Part shown: in pieces, positions 1-9,241 of the stretch | Numbering within the stretch: the first letter of the stretch is position 1 | How the letters are laid out: each line of letters starts with the position of its first letter | Assembly: GCA_020050435.1 (NCBI GenBank) | Contig: JAGVKQ010000010.1 | Location: 55,355-119,354 of the forward strand | Origin: Candidatus Caenarcanales bacterium | GTDB taxonomy: Bacteria; Cyanobacteriota; Vampirovibrionia; 2-02-FULL-35-15 | DNA: 64,000 nucleotides | Reading direction: 5' to 3' | Position numbers and translations under genes: made by a program | The notes under the pieces: model-generated | Database searches by the model: none | What the model was told of the DNA's origin: nothing | Seen by the model: only the letters and a program-made list of their open reading frames with translations

Positions 1-1
1 T

Positions 2-487
2 GAACTTACTGCTTATGACATTATAAATCACTATAGAGAGGAGGAGATTGCTGACATTATCTATAAGTACGGTGAAGATAGATTTTCCCGGAGAATAGCC
101 AGGAAGATCGTAGAAGTAAGGAAAAAGACAAAATCTATTAAAACTACTATTGAATTATCTAATATTGTTTTATCTTGTTATCCGAAGATCAAGTGGTTTA
201 AAACTCATCCAGCTACTAAAACTTTTCAGGCTTTAAGAATAGTAGTTAATAAAGAGCTAGAGGTACTTGACAAATCTCTTCGTTTTATTCCGGAACTACT
301 TTATGAGAAAGTCCGACTATCAGTGATATCTTTTCACTCATTAGAGGATCGGATTGTTAAAAACTTTTTTAAAGGTTGTGAAGAACTTAAAATCATAACC
401 AAGAAGCCAATCACTCCAACTGAAGATGAAATAAGAGATAATCCAAGAAGCAGAAGTTCAAAATTAAGAGTTGCGGAAAAATTATAA
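2..487 (+). CDS. rsmH: 16S rRNA (cytosine-N4)-methyltransferase RsmH/MraW, C-terminal part (5' end outside window)
   Basis: Open frame from the window edge. The translation ...LSVISFHSLEDRIVKNFF...DNPRSRSSKLRVAEKL matches the conserved RsmH C-terminus. It is followed by ftsL-like and ftsI genes, as in dcw clusters. Confidence 0.8.
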   Translation, partial: ELTAYDIINHYREEEIADIIYKYGEDRFSRRIARKIVEVRKKTKSIKTTIELSNIVLSCYPKIKWFKTHPATKTFQALRIVVNKELEVLDKSLRFIPELLYEKVRLSVISFHSLEDRIVKNFFKGCEELKIITKKPITPTEDEIRDNPRSRSSKLRVAEKL

Positions 488-520
488 ATATAAGACAATA
501 AAGAGCTGAATATTTAAAAC

Positions 521-997
521 ATGAAAAACATAGAAACCATGCAAAAACCTATTTTAAGTTCACTAGTAATTAATACACCATATAAATTTGATGGAAGCAC
601 TACTTCTCCTAGAATAGGCAAAGTATTTTCATTGCCATTTGGATTAAGAGCAGATGCCCTTGAAATCTTTAAAACAAGCTTTCAATTTATTTTCTCAGTA
701 TCATTATTTATGGCTATTTCATCTATCTTTATAATGAGCCTTTATTTGCCATTACAAGCACAAAACAATTCAATGCTAAAGAGTGCCAAAAGCTTAACTA
801 ATAAGAAATTTAACCTTCAAGCCAACCTTCAAGAAACCTCAAGCTATACAAAATTATATACAAATGCAGAGGGTCTTTCTCTTAAGGATTCTGAAGAAGT
901 GATTCATGTGAATAATTTATCCCCTATCAATACTGAAGAAAAAGAAAATCTAATTACATTCAACAAATACCCTACGCTCCAGTTCGCTGGGTTTTAA
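521..997 (+). CDS. Bitopic membrane protein, possible FtsL-like division protein
   Basis: Single hydrophobic helix (FIFSVSLFMAISSIFIMSLYL) followed by a polar, coiled-coil-like stretch. It occupies the canonical ftsL position between rsmH and ftsI. No sequence motif confirms the call. Confidence 0.35.
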   Translation: MKNIETMQKPILSSLVINTPYKFDGSTTSPRIGKVFSLPFGLRADALEIFKTSFQFIFSVSLFMAISSIFIMSLYLPLQAQNNSMLKSAKSLTNKKFNLQANLQETSSYTKLYTNAEGLSLKDSEEVIHVNNLSPINTEEKENLITFNKYPTLQFAGF

Positions 998-1008
998 ATT
1001 CTTATAGT

Positions 1009-1076
1009 GTCATTCCCATGAAAATGGCAATCCAGAACAAACGTAATTTCTATATTCCCGCTTTCGCGGGAATGAC
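1009..1076. repeat. Two inverted copies (one degenerate) of a GTCATTCCCGCGAAAGCGGGAAT-type palindromic repeat
   Basis: gtcattcccatgaaaatggcaatcc spans 1009-1033. attcccgctttcgcgggaatgac spans 1054-1076, with an 8-bp GC-rich stem. Confidence 0.7.
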
Positions 1077-2799
1077 ATTAATCCTCAATTTGTTAGCACA
1101 GCTGATTAGCTATAATAAGTACGTGCTGATTAAATACAAATATCGCCTTTATTTCCTTCAGTTGATAATACTTTTCTTATTTATTCTGATTTGGGTTCAG
1201 CTATTTAATTTACAAGTAATTAAATCTCAGGGCTTAGTATCTAAAGCTGAAAAACAGTTCTATGAAAAACCGGTAGCACTAAGAGGAGATATCAGAGACA
1301 GATATGGAAATCTGCTTGTGCTTGATGTAGTCAATTATGATTTATACCTTAAAGCAAAATCTATTCAAGAGATAAAAGATGAAAAAATAAAAGAACTTGC
1401 TGAAATTCTTAAAACTGACCCTGTAAAATTCAAACAAAAAATCTCAAATACTCGTATAAATAACAGAATATTTTCTGGTATCACTGAAATTGTAAATAAT
1501 AAAATCAAGAAAAATAATTTTGATTTTGTTTATCTACACCCTGTTGTTAAAAGAGTCTATCCACATAAAAGAATGGCTGCACAGGTAGTTGGTTTTATTA
1601 ATAATGATAGAGAAGGTCAACATGGCGTTGAGTATGCTCATGAAGATCTTTTAACTAAAATCTCTGAAAGAAATAGTAGGAATTCCCTATATCAAAAGGG
1701 TTCAGATATTGTGCTTACAATTGATTCTGCTCTACAAGAATATGCAGAAGAAGAGCTGGCTAAAGCTGTTTCAGAATCTAGGGCATCAAAAGGAGCAATA
1801 ATCGTAATTTCGCCTAAAACTGGTGAAATCTATGCTTGGGCTGTGCAACCAAACTATGACCCTAATCAATTCTTTAAAGAAAAAACAATTAAAAACTGGT
1901 CTATTACTGATATCTATGAGCCCGGATCAACTTTTAAAATTCTTACTATTGCAGGCGCTCTTGAAACAATGTCCATCACAGCAAATAGCACTTTCTATGA
2001 TCCAGGATTTTTGAAGGTAGGAAAAAGAACTATAAAGAACCATAACCAGGGTAAAGCTCAACAAATTAATCTTCTTGAATTATTTAAACAATCTAGCAAT
2101 GTCGCTAGTGCACAAGTTGGATTGAAAATGGGACCTGAGAACTTTTACAAGTCAATTAAAAAATTTATGATAGGTAAAAAAACTGGAATAGACTTGCCGG
2201 GTGAATCACAGGGATTATTATTAGACTTTCGTAAATGGAAAGAGATTGACTGTGCTACTACAGGGTTTGGTCAGGGTGCTGTTTCTGTTACCCCAATCCA
2301 GCTTGTCTCAGCAATTTCTGCTATTGCAAATCATGGACTTTGGATACAACCTCATATTCTGAAAGGCACCTGGGAAGGTGAATATAATCTTATAAATGAG
2401 ACCCCTATGCAAATTAAGCAAGAACAAGCAGTGTCAAGTGAAGTGGCAGACTATGTGTCAGATCTTTTAAAGCAAAGCGTTCAAGAGAATGTTGAGGCTA
2501 TGGCATATATAGCTGGCAATGTACCTGGCTATAATGTAGCAGGTAAGACTGGTACAGCTCAAAAACTTAGACCGGATGGAAGAGGTTATTGGGGAGGACA
2601 TACAGTAGCTTCATTTATAGGTTATTTACCAGCTGAAAATCCAGAAATATTAACTCTAGTTGTAATTGATGATCCTAAAACAGGTGGTGGATGGGGAAAC
2701 ACAGTTTGTGGACCCGTTTTTAATAATGTTGCAAAGGTAGCAGCTCAAATATTTATAGAGAAGAAGATTAGAAAGGATGAAAATGTCAATGAAAACTAA
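1018..2799 (+). CDS. ftsI: Class B penicillin-binding protein / peptidoglycan D,D-transpeptidase (FtsI-like)
   Basis: SxxK (GSTFK), SxN (SSN) and KTG (KTGT) transpeptidase motifs in the correct order, with an N-terminal TM anchor. The start is uncertain: the first 18 codons are read from a palindromic repeat, and an in-frame ATG at 1072 is an alternative. Confidence 0.85.
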   Translation: MKMAIQNKRNFYIPAFAGMTLILNLLAQLISYNKYVLIKYKYRLYFLQLIILFLFILIWVQLFNLQVIKSQGLVSKAEKQFYEKPVALRGDIRDRYGNLLVLDVVNYDLYLKAKSIQEIKDEKIKELAEILKTDPVKFKQKISNTRINNRIFSGITEIVNNKIKKNNFDFVYLHPVVKRVYPHKRMAAQVVGFINNDREGQHGVEYAHEDLLTKISERNSRNSLYQKGSDIVLTIDSALQEYAEEELAKAVSESRASKGAIIVISPKTGEIYAWAVQPNYDPNQFFKEKTIKNWSITDIYEPGSTFKILTIAGALETMSITANSTFYDPGFLKVGKRTIKNHNQGKAQQINLLELFKQSSNVASAQVGLKMGPENFYKSIKKFMIGKKTGIDLPGESQGLLLDFRKWKEIDCATTGFGQGAVSVTPIQLVSAISAIANHGLWIQPHILKGTWEGEYNLINETPMQIKQEQAVSSEVADYVSDLLKQSVQENVEAMAYIAGNVPGYNVAGKTGTAQKLRPDGRGYWGGHTVASFIGYLPAENPEILTLVVIDDPKTGGGWGNTVCGPVFNNVAKVAAQIFIEKKIRKDENVNEN

Positions 2800-3613
2800 A
2801 GAATTAGTAGAACAGTTTTTAAAAAAGGAAGAAGAAACAATTAAATCCTTAAGAAAAGAAAAAAATAATCTTATTGAAACCATTAATGAAATAAGCAAAA
2901 GAGTAAATAAAAATGGAAGAGTAGTTTACATAGGAGCTGGGACCAGTGGGAGGCTTGGAATCTTGGATGCAGTAGAATGTAAGCCTACATTTAATACAGA
3001 TTTATTTCTTGGAGTAATTGCTGGGGGAAAAAAGGCCATTTTTAAATCTAAAGAAGGTGCTGAAGATGATGAGAAGCTTGGAATTAGTGACATAAAAAAA
3101 ATCAAATTAAAAAAAAATGATGTAGCCGTTGGAATCTCTGCAAGTGGAGAAACACCCTACACAGTTTCAGCTATCAAATATGCAAATAAAATTGGAATCC
3201 TAACGGTAGGAATTGCTTCAAATCCAAAATCCACATTAGTGAAAATATCAAAATGTAAAATTGCGCCATTAATTGAAAGAGAAATAATTCAAGGATCAAG
3301 CAGATTGAGTTCAGGAACCGTACAGAAAATTATATTGAATATGATCAGTTCAATCTCAATGATTAATGCTGGTAAGGTCTATGGCGACTTAATGATAGAT
3401 GTTCAGCCGACGAATAAAAAACTGGTTAAAAGGGCTGTTAATATTATTGCCATTATATGTAAAATTCCTTTTGATAAAGCCTTGATTCTATTTAAACAAT
3501 CAAATAGAAATGCAAGAGTAGCTATTATTATGCATTACAAAAAATGTGACTTAAACACAGCAAAAAAGCTATTATCAAAACCAAACTTTAACTTAACCTC
3601 AGTAATCGCCTAA
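2777..3613 (+). CDS. murQ: N-acetylmuramic acid 6-phosphate etherase (SIS domain)
   Basis: IGAGTSGRLGILDAVECKPTF and SASGETPY motifs are typical of MurQ/SIS-domain etherases. Length is about 278 aa. Confidence 0.8.
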   Translation: MKMSMKTKELVEQFLKKEEETIKSLRKEKNNLIETINEISKRVNKNGRVVYIGAGTSGRLGILDAVECKPTFNTDLFLGVIAGGKKAIFKSKEGAEDDEKLGISDIKKIKLKKNDVAVGISASGETPYTVSAIKYANKIGILTVGIASNPKSTLVKISKCKIAPLIEREIIQGSSRLSSGTVQKIILNMISSISMINAGKVYGDLMIDVQPTNKKLVKRAVNIIAIICKIPFDKALILFKQSNRNARVAIIMHYKKCDLNTAKKLLSKPNFNLTSVIA

Positions 3614-3830
3614 ATGGTGTAGAAAAATCATAAACTTTCATTTCAACAGGACTTAATTCTTGGTGAGTTAATCATTGTTTTGGGAATAGCCTTTATTAAG
3701 CCGTAGTTTAAAGGACTTGAAATGATTTTAATAAGCCAAATATTTTTAGTACTCTCAATATTAGTGTTAACTATTGTTTTTATATTATTTTTTGAATCAA
3801 GAATGGATGAGTTTGATAAGGTAGAAAATT

Positions 3831-4037
3831 ATGAATGATGAATTAGATATATTATTTGATAGAGATTATAATGAAAATGATTTTAGGATGGCTTTAAACT
3901 ATCCTATTATTGAAGAGAAGCCAATTCGTGCACCTGGCTCAATTTCGAGAGAAGAAGTGAAGAAAATATTTAATGTACAAGCACTTAGAGGTGCAGTATG
4001 CTTTTTAGCAACTAATTTTTCATTGCCAAACGGATAA
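3831..4037 (+). CDS. Hypothetical 68-aa protein
   Basis: ORF only. Its ATG overlaps the stop of an unlisted 38-codon hydrophobic ORF (3722-3838). No recognisable motif. Confidence 0.25.
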   Translation: MNDELDILFDRDYNENDFRMALNYPIIEEKPIRAPGSISREEVKKIFNVQALRGAVCFLATNFSLPNG

Positions 4038-4074
4038 CCTAAGTTATAAGTTGCCAGTTTAAAGTTTCATGGAG

Positions 4075-4156
4075 AACTTGTAAGGTTAAAGTTTTAAGTT
4101 GTAAGTTTCAATGAGGAAATAGGAATTTTTCCTTGAAACTTTAACCTTGTAACTTG
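4075..4156. repeat. Nested imperfect inverted repeats built from AAGGTTAAAGTTT / GTTTCAA / CTTGTAACTTG units
   Basis: AAGGTTAAAGTTT (4082-4094) pairs with AAACTTTAACCTT (4136-4148). The inner GTTTCAA (4105-4111) pairs with TTGAAAC (4133-4139). Confidence 0.6.
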
Positions 4157-4161
4157 TGACT

Positions 4162-4181
4162 GGGCTCATTGCAATGAGCCC
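4162..4181. repeat. Perfect 20-bp palindrome GGGCTCATTGCAATGAGCCC beside tRNA-Lys
   Basis: Read directly. It lies 8 nt from the 3' end of the minus-strand tRNA cluster, and no U-tract follows. Confidence 0.7.
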
Positions 4182-4189
4182 CTACAATG

Positions 4190-4261
4190 TGGGCCACATG
4201 GGATTCGAACCTATAACCTAACGCTTAAGAGGCGTGTGCTCCACCATTGAGCTAGTGGCCC
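4190..4261 (-). tRNA. tRNA-Lys (anticodon CUU)
   Basis: The reverse complement folds as GGGCCAC/GTGGCCC acceptor, GCTC/GAGC D stem, anticodon loop CTCTTAA and TTCGAAT T loop. There is one mismatch each in the anticodon and T stems. No encoded CCA. Confidence 0.75.
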
Positions 4262-4265
4262 TAAA

Positions 4266-4345
4266 TGGGCGATAGAGGACTTGAACCTCCACGGTTGCCC
4301 ACATGATCCTAAGTCATGCGCGTCTGCCAATTCCGCCAATCGCCC
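4266..4345 (-). tRNA. tRNA-Leu (anticodon UAG), long variable arm
   Basis: Reverse complement is GGGCGAT..CATGA CTTAGGA TCATG..long variable arm..GGAGG TTCAAGT CCTCT ATCGCCC A. This is a class II tRNA architecture. Confidence 0.85.
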
Positions 4346-4441
4346 ATACTAAAGAATTAGAGAATAAAAAACTAAAGAATCAGAAAAAACAAAAATTCTA
4401 TTTTCTTCCTCTCTAATTTTTAGTCCCCTTTTTCTAGAATG

Positions 4442-4514
4442 CGCGCTCGAGACGATTCGAACGTCCGACTGACCGCTTAGAAGGCGGTTGCTCTATCCAC
4501 TGAGCTACGAGCGC
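4442..4514 (-). tRNA. tRNA-Arg (anticodon UCU)
   Basis: Reverse complement is GCGCTCG TA GCTC AGTGGATA GAGC A ACCGC CTTCTAA GCGGT CAGTC GGACG TTCGAAT CGTCT CGAGCGC G, a clean cloverleaf. Confidence 0.88.
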
Positions 4515-4786
4515 AAAAAAATAGAAACATTAAAAGAACGCATCTATTTGACAAAATACACCATATTATAATAATGCTTTCCTTAACCAAATGAGGAGAA
4601 ACTTAATAAAATAAATGAAATTTTGGTTTCTGTATTAAGGTCATAACATAGGTTAAGAACTTAATTTTAATTCCTTTTTCTATAGAGAAAATTCTTGCAC
4701 ATTAAAGCCTTAATTTATATACAATATATCTGTACGCTTATGTGTATATATTTTAGACTAGTATAATCTAACATTACGTAATTTAT

Positions 4787-6907
4787 ATGGCAGACTCCTC
4801 AGTAGCAGCAGTTTCTCATGGGCCGACTTCACATAAAAGTGTTGCCGGTAGTTCTAATTTTAGTAAACGTCAGCCACCTAACTCAGAAATTGATATTAAA
4901 AAAACAGCAGAAGATAAAGCTTCAGAAGTTAAAAGCTCAAGATTATTATTGAGTGGAGTGGCAGGTCTAGCTGGATTAGCAGGATTTGCTTTCAAAGATG
5001 GTTTAGATAATGGATTTGAAAAGATAGGGAAAACGGCTGAAAGCATAAGCAATGCAGTTTCTGTACCATTCTCTATACTTTTTCCTTTTATAACTTTGAA
5101 GAATGAGTATGAGAATCTTCAGGGAAAAACTAAAACTGAAGATGACAATCTTTTAAATAGAATGGTTTATAGCTGTGCTAGTGTAGGATTTGCGCCACAG
5201 ACATTTGCAGAGCCTATCCTGGCAATTACAAAGGGCGGATTACACAAATTCGCTACTATAGCAAACTTACCACATCTTTTCTTTACCTTATTTTCTTATA
5301 CGGGTGGAAGAGCTATGGGTGCTATAACCTCTTTCAGAAGAGCTTTTACAAAAGATGAGGCTCAAAAATATAGATTAGAACAAGAGTTTAATTCTCTCTA
5401 TAATCTGGGAAATATTGGTAGTGCTCATGCATCTGTTTGTGTTATGTCTGAGAACTTTGCCGATGGTTGGAAAACACTAGGAGATATTTTTACAGGTGAT
5501 TTTGGATCAGCATATGAACGATTTAGAGAAAAGCCGTTAGCCATAGGATTAGGCACTTTATTTAACAGTTGGTTATTTCCATTTGAATGGGCTGCAAAGT
5601 TTTTTGATACCAGCATTAGGTGTGCTGAAAATGTAGATAATTTTAGAAATGCAATTGGTAATAATTCAATAATAGTAAAAGGACTAAACAAATACAAAAA
5701 CTTCTGGGCAGAAAATTCTAATAATAAAGAGTCCTTATTGGGGAAAACTTTATATTATGGAAGAGAATTTGCAAAAGTAGAGTCACTTCTTGTTCCACCG
5801 ATAGGCATGGCAACAGTGGTCTTGCCTGCTTATGATAAGTTCTTACGTGGTGATTTCTTTAATAAAGAAGCTCAGGAAATAGGTGGAAGTATAGGATTTT
5901 TTGATAAGGTTACTAGTGCTATTGCCTTTTTGGGACATACTTTTCACACAGGCTTATATGGCTTAACTATTAGACTCCCCCAAACAATTACTACAGCTAC
6001 TTTTTATCTAACCAATCTACGAAATAAAATAAAAGGTGTAAAACATGGAGACAAAGGATACGTAGATCCTATAGATGTAAGGGATAAAATATTTAATAAG
6101 AAATTGTTAAATAAACTTTCAAATTGGGCTGAAGGTAAATTAAATAAAATTGAAGAGGAGTTACATGGTGACAAATCTCAAAAAGTTGATCCTGTGACAA
6201 AAGAATCTAAATATATTAGAAGTTATACAACTATTATGGCTCAGGAAGTAGTCTACGAGCAAATAAAAGAAAAATATTTCTCAAGAATGGTTGAAGAATT
6301 GAATGGCGTAAAACCAGGACAAAAAGAATGGGGTGAATATTTACAAGTAAATAAACCTCAAATACTAGAAGAATTTGAACCTAAATTGGAAAAATATTAT
6401 AGAAAATCTGAAGTATTTGATGAAAAACAGATTTCATATATGAAGTCTGGAAAAGGAAAAGAATATTGGAATAAGATAATTTCTTCTGCAACGGAAATGC
6501 TTGATCAAGAAATTAGTACATGCTTAAGTTCTGATGAATCTAAAGGAGAAAAACATACTCCTAATAATGTAAAACTCCCTGATACGTTCTTAGGTCTATT
6601 GTCTAATCCTAAAGCACTTTTTGAAGTGGCAAAGCTACGTACTTTCCATGTAACAAATTCTGTTTTACCTATGTTTATAAAAGGGTTTGTAAATGTAGTA
6701 GATTTTGGTAAAAAAGATGACCCCTTCTGGCTTAGAAATCACTTGGCTCAAAAAACTGGTATTGCTGAGGGAGATTTACGTCAGGCTACCGATAGAGAAG
6801 CTTGCCCAGTATTTTGGCTTAATTTCCAAAATGCAGGAAAAGGATTAGCTAAAATTCATAATTGGTTCGTGGCATTATTTGGAGGAAAGCTTAGTTTTTC
6901 AGGCTAA
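4787..6907 (+). CDS. Large orphan protein (706 aa) with hydrophobic segments, function unknown
   Basis: Long uninterrupted ORF. A polar N-terminal 60 aa is followed by a Gly/Ala-rich hydrophobic helix (LLLSGVAGLAGLAGFAF) and further hydrophobic stretches. I recognise no catalytic motif. Confidence 0.5.
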   Translation: MADSSVAAVSHGPTSHKSVAGSSNFSKRQPPNSEIDIKKTAEDKASEVKSSRLLLSGVAGLAGLAGFAFKDGLDNGFEKIGKTAESISNAVSVPFSILFPFITLKNEYENLQGKTKTEDDNLLNRMVYSCASVGFAPQTFAEPILAITKGGLHKFATIANLPHLFFTLFSYTGGRAMGAITSFRRAFTKDEAQKYRLEQEFNSLYNLGNIGSAHASVCVMSENFADGWKTLGDIFTGDFGSAYERFREKPLAIGLGTLFNSWLFPFEWAAKFFDTSIRCAENVDNFRNAIGNNSIIVKGLNKYKNFWAENSNNKESLLGKTLYYGREFAKVESLLVPPIGMATVVLPAYDKFLRGDFFNKEAQEIGGSIGFFDKVTSAIAFLGHTFHTGLYGLTIRLPQTITTATFYLTNLRNKIKGVKHGDKGYVDPIDVRDKIFNKKLLNKLSNWAEGKLNKIEEELHGDKSQKVDPVTKESKYIRSYTTIMAQEVVYEQIKEKYFSRMVEELNGVKPGQKEWGEYLQVNKPQILEEFEPKLEKYYRKSEVFDEKQISYMKSGKGKEYWNKIISSATEMLDQEISTCLSSDESKGEKHTPNNVKLPDTFLGLLSNPKALFEVAKLRTFHVTNSVLPMFIKGFVNVVDFGKKDDPFWLRNHLAQKTGIAEGDLRQATDREACPVFWLNFQNAGKGLAKIHNWFVALFGGKLSFSG

Positions 6908-6916
6908 AATACTTAA

Positions 6917-8224
6917 GTGCCAAGAACATTACACTTATCAAGTCTATTAATAGTCAATGAAATTTTCTTTATTGAAGATGGTGCTTTATTGATTGAAGGT
7001 TCTAAGATTATTAAAGTAGGCTCTAGATTAGATTTTGGTGATTTGAATAATTATGAAATTGTTGATCATGGACAATCTTTAATTTGTCCTGGCTTTATTA
7101 ACCTACATAGCCATTTACTTTATTCAAAGTTTGAAAAAGAAAACACTTCAGATGGCTTATTCCCCTGGCTTGAAAACCTATTAGATAAGATTCAAATAAC
7201 TGATGAAAATACTTTTAGAGACTCTGTTAATCGTGGAATTGAAGAAGCCTTATCTACTGGAACAACATATATAGTGGAAAATACACCATCTGTTTTAAGT
7301 ATTGAAGAGCTTTTAAAATCTCCGATTAAATCACTTGTTGGAATAGAAGTATTTGGATCAGATGAGGAAGAAGCAGAGAGTGTGTTTAATGATACGATGA
7401 CGGCAATTCATGAATTGCCGTTACAGAAATTGCCGCTACGAGAATCGACTCATCTTGAGCTCACGCTCTCCCCCCATGCAGCTTATGATGTAAGTAGTCC
7501 GCTGTGGAAGTTATTGGTTGGCTGGGCTGAAAAAAACAATAAGCCACTTCTTACCCACTTAGAAGAATCACCAGAAGAAAGATTTTGGTGGCAAGAGAAA
7601 AAAGGTGAAGGAGTTAATTTTTGGAAAAAAATCAATAAACTTGATTCAAAACTAAAATACTGGAAATCTTATAGGTCAGGGGTAGATTTTTTAGACCAAA
7701 ATAATTTACTTTCAAAGAATATGATTGCTACTCATCTATGTCAGGCTTACAGGAAAGATATTACTGCACTGAAAGAAAATAATGTTTCACTTGTTCATTG
7801 TCCACGAAGTAATTATTACCTCTCAAATGGACTTGCTAACATTGCCTTGTGGGATGAACTCGGTATTTTATGGGGGTTGGGAACAGATAGTTTAGCCAGT
7901 AATGATAATTTAGATTTAATCGAGGAAGTTAAATTTACAATTAACCATCAAAATTTATATAACGGTTATAAAATCTCAGATTCTTCAGCTTTTAGTGCAA
8001 TAACATCAAAATCTGCCAAAATATTACATAAAGATATAGGGTCTTTAAAAGATGGATATTTTGCAGATTTTTTGGTTTATGATATTTCAGGTAAGGATTC
8101 CAGTAAGCTTGCAGATCCGTATCATTTATTGATTTGGGAAATGAGAAATAAAATTGACCTTAATAAAGTTTATATAAATGGGGAAAATGTCTGGTCTAAT
8201 AATCGCCGAAAGGAATTATGTTAG
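6917..8224 (+). CDS. Metal-dependent amidohydrolase (nucleoside/MTA-SAH or aminofutalosine deaminase-like)
   Basis: HxH motif (NLHSHL), later HL..., CPRSN and GTDS motifs follow the amidohydrolase-1 superfamily pattern. GTG start. Confidence 0.65.
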   Translation: MPRTLHLSSLLIVNEIFFIEDGALLIEGSKIIKVGSRLDFGDLNNYEIVDHGQSLICPGFINLHSHLLYSKFEKENTSDGLFPWLENLLDKIQITDENTFRDSVNRGIEEALSTGTTYIVENTPSVLSIEELLKSPIKSLVGIEVFGSDEEEAESVFNDTMTAIHELPLQKLPLRESTHLELTLSPHAAYDVSSPLWKLLVGWAEKNNKPLLTHLEESPEERFWWQEKKGEGVNFWKKINKLDSKLKYWKSYRSGVDFLDQNNLLSKNMIATHLCQAYRKDITALKENNVSLVHCPRSNYYLSNGLANIALWDELGILWGLGTDSLASNDNLDLIEEVKFTINHQNLYNGYKISDSSAFSAITSKSAKILHKDIGSLKDGYFADFLVYDISGKDSSKLADPYHLLIWEMRNKIDLNKVYINGENVWSNNRRKELC

Positions 8225-9240
8225 CAGCAACATATGACAAGCTTAAAAGATTAAAGATTACAGATGTCCCTGTTCCTGAAATTAATAATGATGAAGCACT
8301 TTTAAAAATAAATGTATGTGGTGTTTGTGGTTCAGATTTAGTTAAAATGAAAAGCAATTTAGTAAGTGAAGGTACTGTGCTTGGACATGAAGTTGTTGGT
8401 ACTATTGTTGAGATTGGTAGGCATATAAAGACCTGGTCTGTAGGTCAAAAAGTGGTAGTTGCTCATCATGTTCCTTGTATGGGATGTCACTTCTGTAAAT
8501 GTGGAAATTACTCCATGTGTAGTCAGTTTAAGAATACAAATATTACTCCTGGTGGATTCTCTGAGTTTATAAAAGTAAGTAGGGAGCATCTCGAACAAAC
8601 TACTTTTTTAATCCCAAAGGGTACTGTCTCTGACTATGAAGTTGCATTGACTGAGCCTCTTGCATGCTGTTTAAGAGCTGTACAAAGAGCACAAGTCTCA
8701 ACTAGTAACCTGATTTTAATTTGTGGACTTGGCTCTATTGGAATTATGATTGGTAAACTATGTATTCAAAAAGGTGCGCATACTTTTGGAATTGATTTGT
8801 TTGAAGATAGAATTACTGTTTCAAAAGAAATGAATGCTATTCAGGACGGGATACTGGCAAATAGTAATAGCCTGAATGAGTGGGTCTCTGATAAGACAGA
8901 AGGAAGAGGATTTGATACTGTATTTTTGGCTAGTGGCAGTGAGAAGAGTTTAGCTGATTCCTTGAAGTATGTAAGAGCTGGTGGGAAAATTGTCATTTTT
9001 ACAAGTGTATTTAATAATGAAAAAGGATTTCCAAATAATGAAATTTACTATAGAGAACTTACAGTTCTTGGCAGTTATTCCCCGTCTCCAATTTGTTTAA
9101 AAGAGTCCTATCAAATGATAATTACAGGGAAGATTAAATTGAAAAACTTGATTACTGATATTGTTAAATTGAATGATCTACCAAAAGAAATTGATAAATG
9201 TTTTAATAATAAGTCGTTAAAGATGATGGTAGAACCGTAA
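8218..9240 (+). CDS. Zinc-dependent medium-chain alcohol/polyol dehydrogenase
   Basis: CGVCGSDL and GHEVVGTIVEIG zinc-binding signatures, a structural-zinc Cys cluster (CMGCHFCKCGNYSMC) and a GLGSIG Rossmann motif. Confidence 0.75.
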   Translation: MLAATYDKLKRLKITDVPVPEINNDEALLKINVCGVCGSDLVKMKSNLVSEGTVLGHEVVGTIVEIGRHIKTWSVGQKVVVAHHVPCMGCHFCKCGNYSMCSQFKNTNITPGGFSEFIKVSREHLEQTTFLIPKGTVSDYEVALTEPLACCLRAVQRAQVSTSNLILICGLGSIGIMIGKLCIQKGAHTFGIDLFEDRITVSKEMNAIQDGILANSNSLNEWVSDKTEGRGFDTVFLASGSEKSLADSLKYVRAGGKIVIFTSVFNNEKGFPNNEIYYRELTVLGSYSPSPICLKESYQMIITGKIKLKNLITDIVKLNDLPKEIDKCFNNKSLKMMVEP

Positions 9241-9241
9241 A

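Noticed and set aside
4515-4786. TTGACA ... TATAAT-like elements in the tRNA-Arg / 4787 spacer as promoters.
   Set aside because: The spacing between the perfect hexamers is only 13 nt. Alternative -10 choices are weak and 200 nt from the ORF. This is too ambiguous to annotate.
4787-8224. ORFs 4787-6907 and 6917-8224 are in the same reading frame, suggesting a split gene or read-through.
   Set aside because: Two stop codons (6905-6907 and 6914-6916) separate them. The downstream protein is a complete amidohydrolase on its own, so the shared frame is coincidental.
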